64,000 bases of DNA from Octopus bimaculoides. Its lineage: Eukaryota. The stretch covers positions 87,142,620 through 87,206,619 of the forward strand of contig NC_068984.1 of assembly GCF_001194135.2 (NCBI RefSeq). The letters run 5' to 3'. The translations under genes were made by a program, and so were the position numbers. Below the pieces are notes generated by a model, which saw only the letters and a program-made list of their open reading frames with translations, searched no databases and was not told the origin of the DNA. This document shows, in pieces, positions 10,391 to 23,740 of the stretch; position 1 is the first letter of the stretch, and every line of letters begins with the position of its first letter.

Positions 10391-13300
10391 CGTGTGTAAA
10401 AAAAATCAAGTGGAATTATTTTTTAAGACTCTCCGTTATAACACACTTTTTCAGTTATCGTTCAATAAAAAAATAATATGATTGAAAAACAAGAACAAAA
10501 ACTGATAACAAATTCAAAAGGACCATATCGAAATTGGCTAGATGGACATTAAAAATTGTCCAAAAGATCTAATATGTAAAAGCAGCCTAATAATTTACAT
10601 TCGATTTTGTAAGAATGAGTAGGAATGAAAAACTGCTCAAGTCAATAGATATTCAGTTGGATAAGGTAAGTACGTAAGATGTATTATCTATATGATATTT
10701 GTTTTTTTTTATACATTAGTATTTGGTTATCGCGTGGTGCTGATTCAACGAATGATTGTAAACCAAATGTTGATGGAATAAATCGCAGTTGGATAATTTC
10801 TTCTTTCTTCTCACAGTAATATTAAGTTATTTTCATTTATTGGTAATCATGTTTTGATAAATATACTACTTTTATTATAATAATCATTATTTCCCCAGAG
10901 TTGCTGTTGTTTAGTCTCATCTCATTCCTCCTGGGGCAGATCCATAATAAAAACTATTTCAGCTATGACAATACTGTCATTTCTTCAGGCATGCTGCATC
11001 TTGGGCGTCATCACTGAATCTCAATCTTTTCTTTTCGAAGACAGCCAGGTGTAATTCGATGAAAATTTGGCTGCTGATCTTAAGTTAAGCGACTACCAAA
11101 AGGATCCTAGTTGTTTCGGAGTTTCTAAATCATACGTTTCTTTACAACAGAAGTAACTTTTTTATGAACATGATGGATATTTACCAATTTAATACTGTTT
11201 ATATATGGATACAGAAATAGTTTAGCTTCCATACTGTCGCATACTGGATATTTAGTTCTTGATTAATATCTTTCAAATATTTATAAATATATTAGTTTAA
11301 TTATAACATTAGCTCGCAAGCATTTAAGCTGACAATAGTTGATGGAGATGGAAATTATATGCGTGTTTCTATTTTCAAAGATTAAGATGTATGTCGAATA
11401 TAATACATTCTCAATTATGTTGATTAAATTTCGTTCATATTTCTGTAACTACATCATCAAATTTCTAACATTCTAATGAATTTATAGACATTCATTTATT
11501 ATGCTTATTAGTATACATACATATTTGACACATACATACAGATACTTGAAAATATATTTCCATATATACATTTATTAAATATTAAAAAAAAATTCGATAT
11601 TTACTGTCCTTAGTGACAATGCAACTTGGCAGTATTATAGCTTCAATAGCTATGCGTTCCTAGTTCTGGACATCAGCTAAAGTGAATCAGCAAGAGCAGA
11701 ATACGAGCTGCTACATTAGCTTCAAGCAGATTGATGAAGCCAACGACAGAGTTTATTGCAATTGCCTATCTATAATTTATTCCAGAGAGCCTAGGCGTTT
11801 TATTGTGAAGTTTGTTTGCAGATATATCGCTGTTTGCAAAAACAAAAATAAATAGATAAATAAAATTAAATATTTATGGCTGGTAATAATTCAATTTATA
11901 AAAAAATGTTTATTCGTAAGAACTGTTATGTAAGATTCATTAGAAATTTAGATTCGCTCTGCTGTCTCTTGCTTGTTATTTTATACACAGAAATAATATT
12001 ATGAAATAAGGTATTTCGATGCCCAGAAAAAGATGACAGTACTGTCATTTATTCCGGCATGCCACGTCTCGGGCATTTGAGAATAACGCACGCCCTAATC
12101 ATACAAAATATAGCCTTGATTTTAATAATTCATCCTTGTAGAGCAATATGGTAATAACGCCAGTAGCTTGCCAGAATTTGAATTATTCGTTATGTATCGG
12201 GTGAGTTAGGTAGTCAAAATTTCAGTCAGATTTTGTGATTAAAAGTTGTCTTTTAATTTTAGGGCGTACAAGTGAGGCACCTAACGATAATTAGGGTTTT
12301 TGACAGATTTATTTATGATTTGCTATTTAGCACGCTGACCTGACATTTTTCTCAACAAAAGCAACAAATAGGATAGTAACTATTAAATAGTTAGTTGACA
12401 TTAGGTCATTCAATATATTTAGTAGGCGAGGTAACTGCAAGCATATATTATTAGTTGGGTGGAATTATTGCCGGTTATAATGGACGGGACATTATTTTCT
12501 GGCTAGTTTAGTTGCTTCGATTCGACAAGATTAACAAACATTTACAGTGTGTTTATAACTTAAGTTGCACTTAATTTTTTCTTTAGTTGTAGTTCCTTTT
12601 ATTCTCTGTTAATTCATTATTTAGTGATAATTGAGAGACAGAAGATCTCCGACAGGAAATATTCCGGTATTGTTAAAATCAACCATCAAATTATGCTTTT
12701 TACTTTTAGAAAGCACCAAGCGTTTGTAGAGATAAACAAAAGAATATTTATTAGAATGTGACTGTTATATAAGAAATATTAGAAATACACTGAATTATTC
12801 ATGATATAGAAATAGACCAAATTACTCATAAAACTATTGATTTCCGTAGAATTTTTCCAAATGGCTACATTTTATTCTGTATAGATTTAGTTATGAATGT
12901 AAAAACATTGTCCAAAATATTACAAGCAATTACGGAGCAAAATTAAATCACTAGACTTAACATTTTATATAAATTTGAATTATTACGTATTAATGCAAAA
13001 AATTTTAAACTGAAGTTGACAACAGCAAAGAGCACTCTTTCGTATTGTTACGATATTTGAAGTTGGAATCAAATTAGCCATACTATATATATGTTTATTG
13101 TCAAAAATGAAAGACATGAAACTTCTTTTTGAACGATAATTTTTTTGGCTATGAAACTTCTTTTGGGGCTATGTTGTTTTCGTGGACTTTATAAATGTTG
13201 AGATCAAGAACAAGATCAAAGTTCTGACTATAAATTTCGTTTATTAATATACTTAAGTTATTGCAGCTACAATACTAACATACCATCTGCACAATATTGT

Positions 13301-13564
13301 TTCATAAATTCATGAATACTTTTTATCTTTCTCATGGTTAGTTCTGTTCATTATGATTTATTCAATGTGTTCTTTTTCAGAGTTGTGAAAGCATTTTCTT
13401 CTTTTTTTTTATTTCATTGTAGCATTGCGGACATTATTGTAGCCGATGAAGTTGTTATCTTTGTTACTTTTACTGTGTTTGAGTCATTGCAAACAACATT
13501 GCAAACCGATTGTTGCGATGTGTTATATGATAGGTTTATCTCTTCAATATGGTAGGTTTATCTT

Positions 13565-13694
13565 TTCAAGAAGCTTGTTCCCCAATCTCATGGTTCCGGC
13601 TCCAGTCTCTCTACTTGACACCTTGGGCAAATGTCTTCAACTATAGCCTTGGTCCAATCAAAGCCTTGTGGGGGGATTTGGTAGATGGAAACTG
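13565..13694 (+). mobile_element. SINE family A, degenerate, followed by (TATG)n to 13745
   Basis: AAGAAGCTTG..CACCTTGGGCAAATGTCTTC..AAAGCCTTGTG..GATTTGGTAGATGGAAACTG. Confidence 0.8.
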
Positions 13695-13746
13695 TATGTA
13701 TGTATGTATGTATGTATGTATGTATGTATGTATGTATGTATGTATA

Positions 13747-14515
13747 CAGGGGCCTCGTTTGCCTTTAAAATGTAAGGGCGACAAATCAACATTTGTTGAT
13801 TCTTAAAGGAGTATGATAGTATTACTTATGGTGCATTTCCCGGACCCTGTCACATAAGTGAAATTTTACGCTAATTAAATTTTCTATATTCAAATGAAGT
13901 TCAGATACAAAAAAAGCTTAAAAGGAATTTATTATATAAAATAAAAAATAAAACAGACGTTTGAATAAAAAAATATATAGTAAGTTTTTCGTCTTTTAGA
14001 ACTTTCCTAATGTATTATATCTCGCATCATTGCTGTCAATAAATAATTTAGCAACTTCTTCACAACTAATGTTTTTCAAAACATCTTTATGAACATGGCA
14101 TATTAGAATATGACTAAACCTTTACTGAATCATGGTCGATCACAGCCAAATTTTGAATCTCTGCAGAACGCTAAAAGATCTTTCAGTTTCACAAGAACTG
14201 GTTGGAAACACTAAAAGTAGCCTGAGCAATCGCTCAACGTTTGGAAACATTTCTGGTTGCATTTCACCGAACTTCTCGTTGCATTTCACCGAATATTTTA
14301 CGATGATCCTCAAGAGATGATCCACTATGATGATTTCTATAAAAAAATATTTCCTTCCTTAAAGAAAATTTATCGAGCTCTGAATACAGCATGATCACTT
14401 CAGCACAAAAATTTCCATTGAGTAAAATATTGCTCAATTTTTCATAATCTGCTAAATCCTGTGAAAAAAAAAAATCTTTCAAATTTGCTATTGCAGTATC
14501 CACTACCTGCAATTA
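13747..14515 (-). mobile_element. hAT transposon 3' remnant (ZMYM/Tip100-like C-terminal dimerisation domain)
   Basis: FPNVERLLRLLLVFPTSSCETERSFSVLQRFKIWL is a typical hAT dimerisation motif; a CAGGG terminus-like sequence lies at 13747. Confidence 0.8.
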
Positions 14516-16935
14516 CTGCACACTATAACGATCCCAAACAGTATAGCCTAACTCTTCTTTCAAATTCCTTATACTCTGTCGTACATGCACACTGACGTTG
14601 CACATCCAGCGAAGCATACTGGATTCATTTCTTTCAAACCTACGCAAGCCCTCGACTGTCACAGCCCATGTTTCACTGCCAGGTTGCATAACTGTTCGCA
14701 CACAGGCATCATACAATCTGCCTTTCACTCTGAGGGAGAGGTCCTTTGTTGTCAGTAGAGGTAGGAGCTCTCTGAACTTAACCCAGCCTAATCTTATTCT
14801 CACAGCTACGCTCTCAGAGCATCCACCTCCACAACTAACTCGGTCACTTAGATAACAGAAGCTATCTACTACCTCTAGCTTGCTCCCCTGGCAGTTGATG
14901 GAGTCTATTTTCTGCACATTTTCAGCGTTTATTGTACCTGTGCATCTTCCACAAACAAAAGCTGGTTTCCCCTGTTAACCTTCCTGTGATATTGCTGCAC
15001 CTCTTATGTGTCCATAGCTTACACCAGGTACCTCTTACGGAGTTTCTATCAATGCCTTTTCTACAGATCCAACAGGGTCATCTACCTGAAAAGATTTGTG
15101 ATTTGTCTGCTTTCCTATTTGCTTAGACTTTGGTTTTTGCTAGGTTAATTCTAAGGTCCTTAGATTCTAGACCTTGCTTCCATACCTGAAACCTCTTCTC
15201 TATTTCTGGTAGTGATTCAGCTATTAGAGCAAGGTCATCAGTATAGAGGAGGACCCAAGGAAACCTGTCTTAAATTCTTCTGTTATTGCCTGGTGAAGCC
15301 CTACTTGTACTCCGAATTCTCCGCTGTACTCATTGCCAACCCTCACCTTACTAGTAGCATCCCTGTACATGGCTAGTACAGCCCTCATCAACCACTCACC
15401 TATCCCTAGTTTCCGCACTGACCACCAGATAAGGGATCAGGGGATCCTGTCAAAGGCTTTCTCCAAGTCAACAAAGGCCAAGTACAGAGGTTTGTTTATC
15501 TTTGGCTAGGTATTTACCCTGCAGCTATCTTACCAGAAATATAGCATCAGTGGCCCTTCCCCCTGGCACAAAACCAAATTGCATCTCATATAGGCTAACT
15601 CTCTCCCTAATTAGTTGGGCTATGACTCTTTCCATAACTTTTATCATCTGATCCAACAATTTGATACCTCTGTAATTATCTCTAAAACAATACCTTTACC
15701 TTTGTAGCAGTTGACTATGGTGCTGCTACACCAGTCATTGGGTACGACTCCTTCGTGGACCACCTAATTTACAGTACAAGTGACTAGACCATAACCCACG
15801 CCGCAAGATATTTTAAGCATCTCAGTGGTGATTCCTGATGGACTGGGAGCTTTCCTTGTCTTCATATCCTTGATTGTTTTATCTACCAAGGTACTGTCAA
15901 TTTGGATAGTAGATCCCTCAACTAGGTCAACATTTGGCAGGCTCTCCTCTTCCTATTAATTCTCAACGTTCAGCAGTCTTTCATAATGGCATTTCCGAGC
16001 CTCTTTCTTTGCAGAATCATTAAATGCAAGTGCACCATCATCCATGCGGACACATTTCTCTTCTTTGACATTACGGTTTTCTCTCACACACTGTCTTGCA
16101 ATCCGAAACACTTCAGTCCTTTGGTCCACACGTCGCTAAACATAGGCAAGCTTCTTCTGTTCTGTTTCTCCCTTGGTTAGATATACTTGCCTTCTAGCTT
16201 CCCTTCTGACTATCTGATACCGTTCCCTGCTACCCCCACTCTTCCAGTCCTTCCTAGCCCATTTCTTTGCTCTAATGGCCTTGTCTATCGCATCGTTCCA
16301 TCACCACATTACCCTAGGTCTGGCTGGAACTTCAGACCGCCCACAGATTTGATATGTGGCACTCAGCAAGCTGTCCCGTAGGAATTCCCTGTTGCCCTCT
16401 ATGTCACAAGTTTGTAGCCCCTCCTCGCTCTCATCAAATTTGTCAATTAAGATGTCCCTAAATCTCTGAGCACTATAATGGTCCTTAAGCTTCCAAATTC
16501 TTTTTTTCCAGATTGGTCTGCTTCTTGGCATCCTTCTGGCCTGGAGTCTAAAAATCACTAATGACTAGTTTATGCGGGGGGGGATGCATTCTTCACCAGG
16601 GAGGGTCTTTGTATTTAAAAGCAACCATACATCTCGCTACCCGGTGAGAATGTAATCGATCTAGTACAGTCACCTGATTGGTAGATTATCAGGTTAGGGT
16701 GGCTGGCTTCTTGAAGTAGGTGTTGCAGAACAATAGGTTATTTGTATCACAGAACTCCAGTAGCCTTGTTCCCTCTTCGTTTCATGAACCAATTCCATGG
16801 TCCCCATGTATACCACGGAAAATACTGGACTGCCGTCCGACATGCTCATTGAAATCCCTGGCCATGAAGATGAGATCCTTGTCATTTGTCTTAGAGGTAG
16901 CCTGCAGGAGAATATCATATAATGCATATGCAGAA
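14516..16935 (-). mobile_element. RTE-clade LINE, truncated at both ends, APE-RT decayed
   Basis: APE: DLIFMARDFNEHVG..IHGDHGIGS. RT: FVDLEKAFDR region, MRKLGIGEWL, LLYTDDL, VDSFCYL, RVKGRLYDACVR..GSETW..RFERNESSMLRWMC. Confidence 0.92.
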
Positions 16936-17509
16936 AAAACTCTCTTGCAAAATGTGACGATTTTTATAAGTGTCATGATCAATGAAAATGTTATCTGAGA
17001 CGTTCAGAATTGAGAATATTATATACTACAAAAAAAAAAAACAAAAACAAAAAAAAAACAGAAGCAGCTGAAATTCAAGTGTAGAAAATAAAATTATTTG
17101 TATTTCCATTGTGTGTTCGATAAACAATATATTGTTTATCTATCTATATTCACTGAAATTTCGGATTATCTACAAATTTTTGTAATCTCTAATACTGTCG
17201 GATAATTTTATCAATTATATTCATTTTCTAGAGACCGATTATAACATGAGGCTTTATGTTTCTTCAACTTTGCTCCAATAGAAAAGTGGTAATGAGTTTA
17301 AGATTCATGAGTTTCTTGGTAAAGTAAAACGTCTCCACCCAACTTACTTGATTGCAAAACATGTAAGCCCAGAAGACTAATGGTTTTAATGGTGGAAAGT
17401 AGATTGACTAGAAATTGATGAGAATTATGCAGGAAGCTGAGATAGAATAATTAAATGCAGTAAATTAAGGGTTGATCAGCAAGTCGGTGGGGTTTAGGAT
17501 TCCTAATCT

Positions 17510-17862
17510 TTTATCTTTTACGCGATTCAGTTATTGGACTGCAGCCAATAAGTACTGCGAGCCCAGTACTTATTTTTTTTAAAGTTGGGGATTTATTCTC
17601 TCAGTTTTATGTCGAACCACTAAGTTATGGGGACATAACAAAGCAATAAGGTAGTAAGATGGTGGTAAGGGATAAACACAAACTTACACACACACACACA
17701 CACACACACGTATATACGACGGGCTTCTAAAAAATCCAGTCACAAGATTTTGGTTGGCCCGGAGCAATAGCAGAAGGAGATTTGTTCATGGTGCCATACA
17801 ATGGAACCGAACCCGGAACAGTGTAATTGGGAAGCAATCTTCTTACGACACAACCATGCGAA
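17510..17862 (-). mobile_element. SINE family A composite (head, CA tract and 3' module), degenerate
   Basis: Same module order as 44910-45325 and 53755-54142. Confidence 0.72.
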
Positions 17863-18015
17863 GATGTGTGTTGAAATAGTATTATAAAGATTATGACTTC
17901 GGTAATATTTTGCTGGGATTCCAGCAAATATGACGTTTAAAATCGAAAGAAGAAAAAAGAAAAGATTCTTGAAAATGTAAATTTAAAAAATAAAGATTAA
18001 AAAATGTAGTATATA

Positions 18016-18751
18016 NNNNNNNNNNNNNNNNNNNNNNNNNNNNNNNNNNNNNNNNNNNNNNNNNNNNNNNNNNNNNNNNNNNNNNNNNNNNNNNNNNNNN
18101 NNNNNNNNNNNNNNNNNNNNNNNNNNNNNNNNNNNNNNNNNNNNNNNNNNNNNNNNNNNNNNNNNNNNNNNNNNNNNNNNNNNNNNNNNNNNNNNNNNNN
18201 NNNNNNNNNNNNNNNNNNNNNNNNNNNNNNNNNNNNNNNNNNNNNNNNNNNNNNNNNNNNNNNNNNNNNNNNNNNNNNNNNNNNNNNNNNNNNNNNNNNN
18301 NNNNNNNNNNNNNNNNNNNNNNNNNNNNNNNNNNNNNNNNNNNNNNNNNNNNNNNNNNNNNNNNNNNNNNNNNNNNNNNNNNNNNNNNNNNNNNNNNNNN
18401 NNNNNNNNNNNNNNNNNNNNNNNNNNNNNNNNNNNNNNNNNNNNNNNNNNNNNNNNNNNNNNNNNNNNNNNNNNNNNNNNNNNNNNNNNNNNNNNNNNNN
18501 NNNNNNNNNNNNNNNNNNNNNNNNNNNNNNNNNNNNNNNNNNNNNNNNNNNNNNNNNNNNNNNNNNNNNNNNNNNNNNNNNNNNNNNNNNNNNNNNNNNN
18601 NNNNNNNNNNNNNNNNNNNNNNNNNNNNNNNNNNNNNNNNNNNNNNNNNNNNNNNNNNNNNNNNNNNNNNNNNNNNNNNNNNNNNNNNNNNNNNNNNNNN
18701 NNNNNNNNNNNNNNNNNNNNNNNNNNNNNNNNNNNNNNNNNNNNNNNNNNN
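18016..18751. other. Assembly gap (N run)
   Basis: 736 N. Other N runs lie near 34802, 47374, 57218, 58888 and 62321. Confidence 0.99.
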
Positions 18752-18942
18752 ACATCCGCTAGGATTTGGTTAGCGAGTTCATATTTCCTTGAGGGCATCT
18801 TGTTATGCCCCCTGGAAAAAATTTCCCTATTTTTCTTGCTTCAGTTCACGTAGTAATTGTTGTTGTTTAACACTAGGTCGCTCCTGGGTTAACAGACCAA
18901 TAATCAAAGATATTCTAACTGTCATCATTCCATCTGTTTTCA

Positions 18943-20330
18943 GACAGCATGGAGAAAGATGAGGAGGAAGTTAATAACTGATTATTCTAATTAATTGTCG
19001 GTTGCCCAAGATACTTGGTGAGTGAACACATAAAACAAAGAATAAAGAATAGAGTTAAAATTTTATGAAACGTGTCTTTGCATTTTTTTGCTTTCAAAGA
19101 AAACAAGCTATGATTTGCAGGAGAAATGGTTACTATGTTTAGCATATTGAACGACTACATGGGGGCTTTTTCATTGGCTCGTCAGTACTTAATCTATCGG
19201 AGATATGCACTTGCCTCAGATATCCATTTAATCATACAGAAATTGTTTCGTTCGAATTGATAACTTTTAAATTAAATTTGTATTCAAATCAAAACATTGG
19301 AGACACTTTCCAAATTATATATTGAAAAAAAAAACTCCTTCAATTTAGATTCCAATCAAATCATCATCTTGTTTTATATTTGTGACTCTATAGATAATGA
19401 ATTTGAACTTGTGTAAAGTATATTATGTGTTGTAGAGTTAACTATGTCTTTGAAAATCAGCAGAAAATGAGCACATGAATGTGCTTAAAATATGAACTCA
19501 GGGAAACATATGTGGCACGAAGATATAACAGTGCACAGTGTTTTCAGTGGAGATGGGATGCCAAAGATTACTAGCTGGATCTTCGATGTTTTACCTGATT
19601 GGTACTTAAGATGGATAGCAGTGCAGTAATTTGCGCACTGCTAAGAATGCTTCATTATTAGGTACGGGAGCGAAAGACTTAAGTTGAGAGTGAAAAATAT
19701 TTGTTTGTCAGACAAATTCGTTCGTTCCCCACCATGTATTTTAATCCTTTCCAATGTTTTTTGAATTAAAACGAAAAATAATTTTATCGTCGTGTCTTAT
19801 GTTTTTTATATAACTCTATTCTTCATCTACAGCTTTGTTTATTGCTTTTTAAATTTGAATGAATTTTACCTCTTTCCAGACATATAACAACGGAGTGCCA
19901 ATGAGACAAAAAGAAATCAATGAATTTATTTGACTACCCAATAAATGGTAATATTGAAACAAAATAATCGTTAGGTGGCTGTGGTTACCACTACCTTGTA
20001 GAGTTGCTGCATGGATGTCAAGGAGAAAGAAAAGTATGCTACCGTGGGTGGAATAAAAATTCGGGACACTTTTTGGCAGCATCAATGTTGCTCGACTCGA
20101 AACCGTCAGAAGTGAATACGATCGGAAGGTGCTGAAATGATAATGACTCAATCAACGCATGGTGAAGGGAATATGCCACAGTACATTCTGTATATAAAAT
20201 AAACAGCTAAAATTTTAACTCTATTCTTTATTCTTTGTTTTATATGTTCACTCACCAATTAGCTTGGGCAACCGACAATTAATTAGAATAATCAGTTATT
20301 AACTTCCTCCTCATCTTTCTCCAAGCTGTC
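18943..20330. mobile_element. Unclassified element bounded by 123-bp inverted repeats
   Basis: 18943-19065 is the reverse complement of 20208-20330 with 4 mismatches. No TSD or recognisable ORF was found. Confidence 0.7.
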
Positions 20331-20879
20331 GTTGGTGATATTGCTTTTGGGGAGAATGTTGTATTTATTTAGCCTCAAGTCAGTTCTGACCTGGCAAATC
20401 TATAATTAAAGACATACTTGCCGTGATTGCTCCATCCTTTTATGGGAGCTAGATTTAATGTGTCTCTCTCGTTTTAACAATGTTAGATTTGAAGGAGATT
20501 TGACTGCTATCTGTTGCAGACCGGACGATTACGGAAAGACTTCCTCGTTGGTTAGTAATTTGGATATATTAGCCCCTGGTCAGCAATGATGGAGCAGATC
20601 TATAGTCAGAGGTGTTTCATTCATGATTATCTCATCTTTTATTCAAGCAGTGTATCTAAGACTGTACCTTCCTGTGTGTCCAACATTATTTAGAAGACAA
20701 ATTGGGATATAATTTGAGGGAGATTTAGTTGGTGTGTCAAACAGGTCGAGCAACTATGTATAGGCGCCTTCCTGGTTCGAAATGTGGATGTCATCATGAT
20801 GTTCATACGACTACGACGATGATGACAATGATGATGATGATTATGATGATGACGACAACGACGACGACGCCGACGAGTA

Positions 20880-21380
20880 TATAATTTGCATGGAGGAGAT
20901 ATTTAAGGTAATAGAAATCTATTTCGACTGGTGTTGACAAAAGGAATTATTGATAGAAAATCTGGTACGATTAAACATATTAAGATAGATGAAAGCAGAC
21001 CTTAAACCAAGGGATGAGTGAGTAGTATGTTTGACTTGGAAAAGTAACAGAAGAGCTTTAAAAATATGTAATTTGTTAGAGAACAGAATGATCCTTACTA
21101 GAATACACCATAAAATATATTTATTAGTATGCTAAAGAAACTCTGACGAGAAGTGGTAGGGCTAGTATTAGAATATTACACAACAACGAGGTGGCTGCAT
21201 GCCAGTGACTCAACTTCTGTATCAAAGCTATTTCGAATTAGTCATCACAAATGGAAGTTGGCTGATGTTTTCTTGATATATTACGATATAGTAAATCAGG
21301 ATTAGATGGATTGGATAGTGCTTGCAGTGATGCATATATCACATAATGAGTCGATGGCTGGAAGAAGTGATGAATAAAAT
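20880..21380 (+). mobile_element. Possible highly decayed LINE 3' remnant
   Basis: Only weak RTE/CR1-like C-terminal traces (HIxxxDESRP-like); no open frame. Confidence 0.25.
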
Positions 21381-21459
21381 ATTCGAAAAAAAAAAAATGT
21401 ACTGACTCGATATGTCTCTATATTCACTCACTCTTGTCTCTATATATACCTTTTTTTAT

Positions 21460-23740
21460 ATGAGATTTCTAAATTCAGGGTCTGCTTCACAGAATTCAAG
21501 CCAATCACTAACAAAATGACAAGGCCGTTATTTTGAGTTAAGATAATTACAGGGATTTGTGAATATGTGAGTGAGTTAGTGTGTGCATATATGCACGCCT
21601 ATGTGTAGATATGCTTGTACATAGATGTATATATCTCTTTAGTACACAAGTGTGTGCATGTAATTGCTCTTTATTTTATATATGTGCATGCGTATGTTAT
21701 ATGCACACGTGCTGATGTGCACATGTTCGTTTCAGGAAGCGCAAATGGAGAACCTTTGGCACGTTTTACAGATCCTCACAGTACCACTAATTAGCTGGAT
21801 TTGGTGAATGCGAGTTACTGTATTATTTCTTGTCCACCCCGCCTGCGTTTTCATGCTTTCTTTTTCAAATCTATTGTCACATACGCCAGTGCTTCGATGA
21901 TAATAGATACGAGCAACATTAATTAAGTATAGATGCATTTTTTTCTATAAATTTAGACGATTAATTCACAACCGTTGGGCAGCTGACCTTTATAACAGTG
22001 CATGACTTTTGTTCCATATCCTTTAGAACAATATCATGTCTGTTGTATTTATACGAAATTGATGCTTTTATTGGAATGTTCCAGAAGTAATTGTTATTTT
22101 TTAAGGTGTGGATACATTCTGGCACTGGTGTGCAAGCATATTAGGATAATTCTTTCTGCAGATAGCATTGTATTTAGTTTTGGAATTAATGTTATATCCC
22201 ATTGGAAGGTTATACTTTGCAGACATTTTCGGACAAATTTTAATGATGTGGATATCTTTTATATTAATATGGCAAATCGACATTTTCTATTACAAGGTGT
22301 TTCCTATTTTTGAATAACAAAGACATATCCTTCTACGTGGGGTGTAATGCAGCTATCTTAAGTCCAAAAGAGGCTACTTTTCTTCACAATTGTATTGGTA
22401 TCTATTGCTGGATGTTTACCTGTGCATAACTTTCTGCTGACATCGTGGGTGTTTCCCTTAAATTTCTGCTTAAGTAAGTTGGTGCAGCTATCTTTGGTTC
22501 ACATGGAACGGCTGAACGCTCAAGAGGTTTTATTCATTCAAGAGTTGTCTACCTACTATTAAAATGTTATTATTGTCATAGTTGAATATAGATGAGAGGT
22601 ACTCGTTTCCCTCTTTTCTGTTCACTAAGTATGTGAGTGATATGATGCGGCACTCAAAGGCAGTTTGGACTGACCTTGTGCCTCTACCACCATCACTTCT
22701 TCCGAAATCTGTTGAAGTAGCTTTACTCTTATCACCAACGTATGAAATATTCGCAATTTCGAAACACTTCTAGCACTCGTTATTGAAGATAGGGGAAATA
22801 ATCAGACCACTGTTATCCACATCTCTCGTTTGATCAACAATCTTTCATCAACTGATATTCAGATATGAACAGCAAAATTATGTCTCTTGATGTTGTGAAT
22901 ACAGCTTAAAGCCATTGACTAAAATGGTGTAGGTGACATTACTTTTTCACTTCTCTACAAATCCTAACATATAGCCCTTGGCGTTGCCTCAATTGGGCTA
23001 TCGAGGGGTTCAGTGCCAAGACAAAGACAAGCTGCCACTCTCGAATATTCCCCAATTATATAATAGTTACTTCAGTTCTTAGTGTGGTCTATATTGTCGC
23101 TAGTCTTCAAATGGCGTCGACTATACTAGCTGAAGCTTTAATACTTGTGCCTCTAGTTTCGATGAGTGAAAGACAGAATTAAACATTTTATATCTAACCA
23201 TACTGTTAACAGGCTTCGACGATACAGCTTTGCTTCCATAAGGATAGTTTTGTTGATGAGAATCAACCCTATATTCATTTTTTTCTTGTGCCTAATCATC
23301 TGTCAATACATCTTTTGCTCTGCAGTGATCTCGGAGAAAAACGTCCAGGCAATCTTTGTACAGTTATATCACAAGATTTAAGAATGTTATGAACCTGTAG
23401 TTCTGTTTTTTATCACGTCTCGTGATTCTTAGACATAAGTGTTGTTAGTCAGTCGGGTATATCGAGTTTAGCGTTCATTGATTAAAAAAAAAAGAAAGAA
23501 AAAAACCAGGTTGATGAGAATTTCCTATGCCAATGATCGAATATTAGGTCTCTTCCAAGCGATTTTCATTCGGTAGTTTTGCAACAACCATCACGAGAGT
23601 TTCACTAGTGATTCATATGTTTTGAAAGAGATATTTGAGCTCACTCTGTAGCTTATTTTACTAGATTGCAATGCGGTTGCGCTAGTTATTACCATTCTAG
23701 ACCATAGACCGCATTCCCGAAGAGGAACATTTACAACATT
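21460..23740 (-). mobile_element. R4/Dong-like non-LTR retrotransposon (RT plus REL endonuclease), heavily decayed
   Basis: Manual translation: NYRFITFLN, LILINKTILMEAK..RRSLLTVWLD, GIF..FVLALNP, EGYVFVIQ, HIIKICPKMSAKYNLPM, IIIEALAYV, LISGTVRICKT. Colinear with the better-preserved copy at 55308-56327. Confidence 0.75.

Noticed and set aside
17348-17436. Minus-strand exon-like segment (CAG acceptor, GTAAGT donor, FLHNSHQFLVNLL..)
   Set aside because: One open frame but unremarkable composition and nothing linking it to the other candidate exons; consistent with chance.
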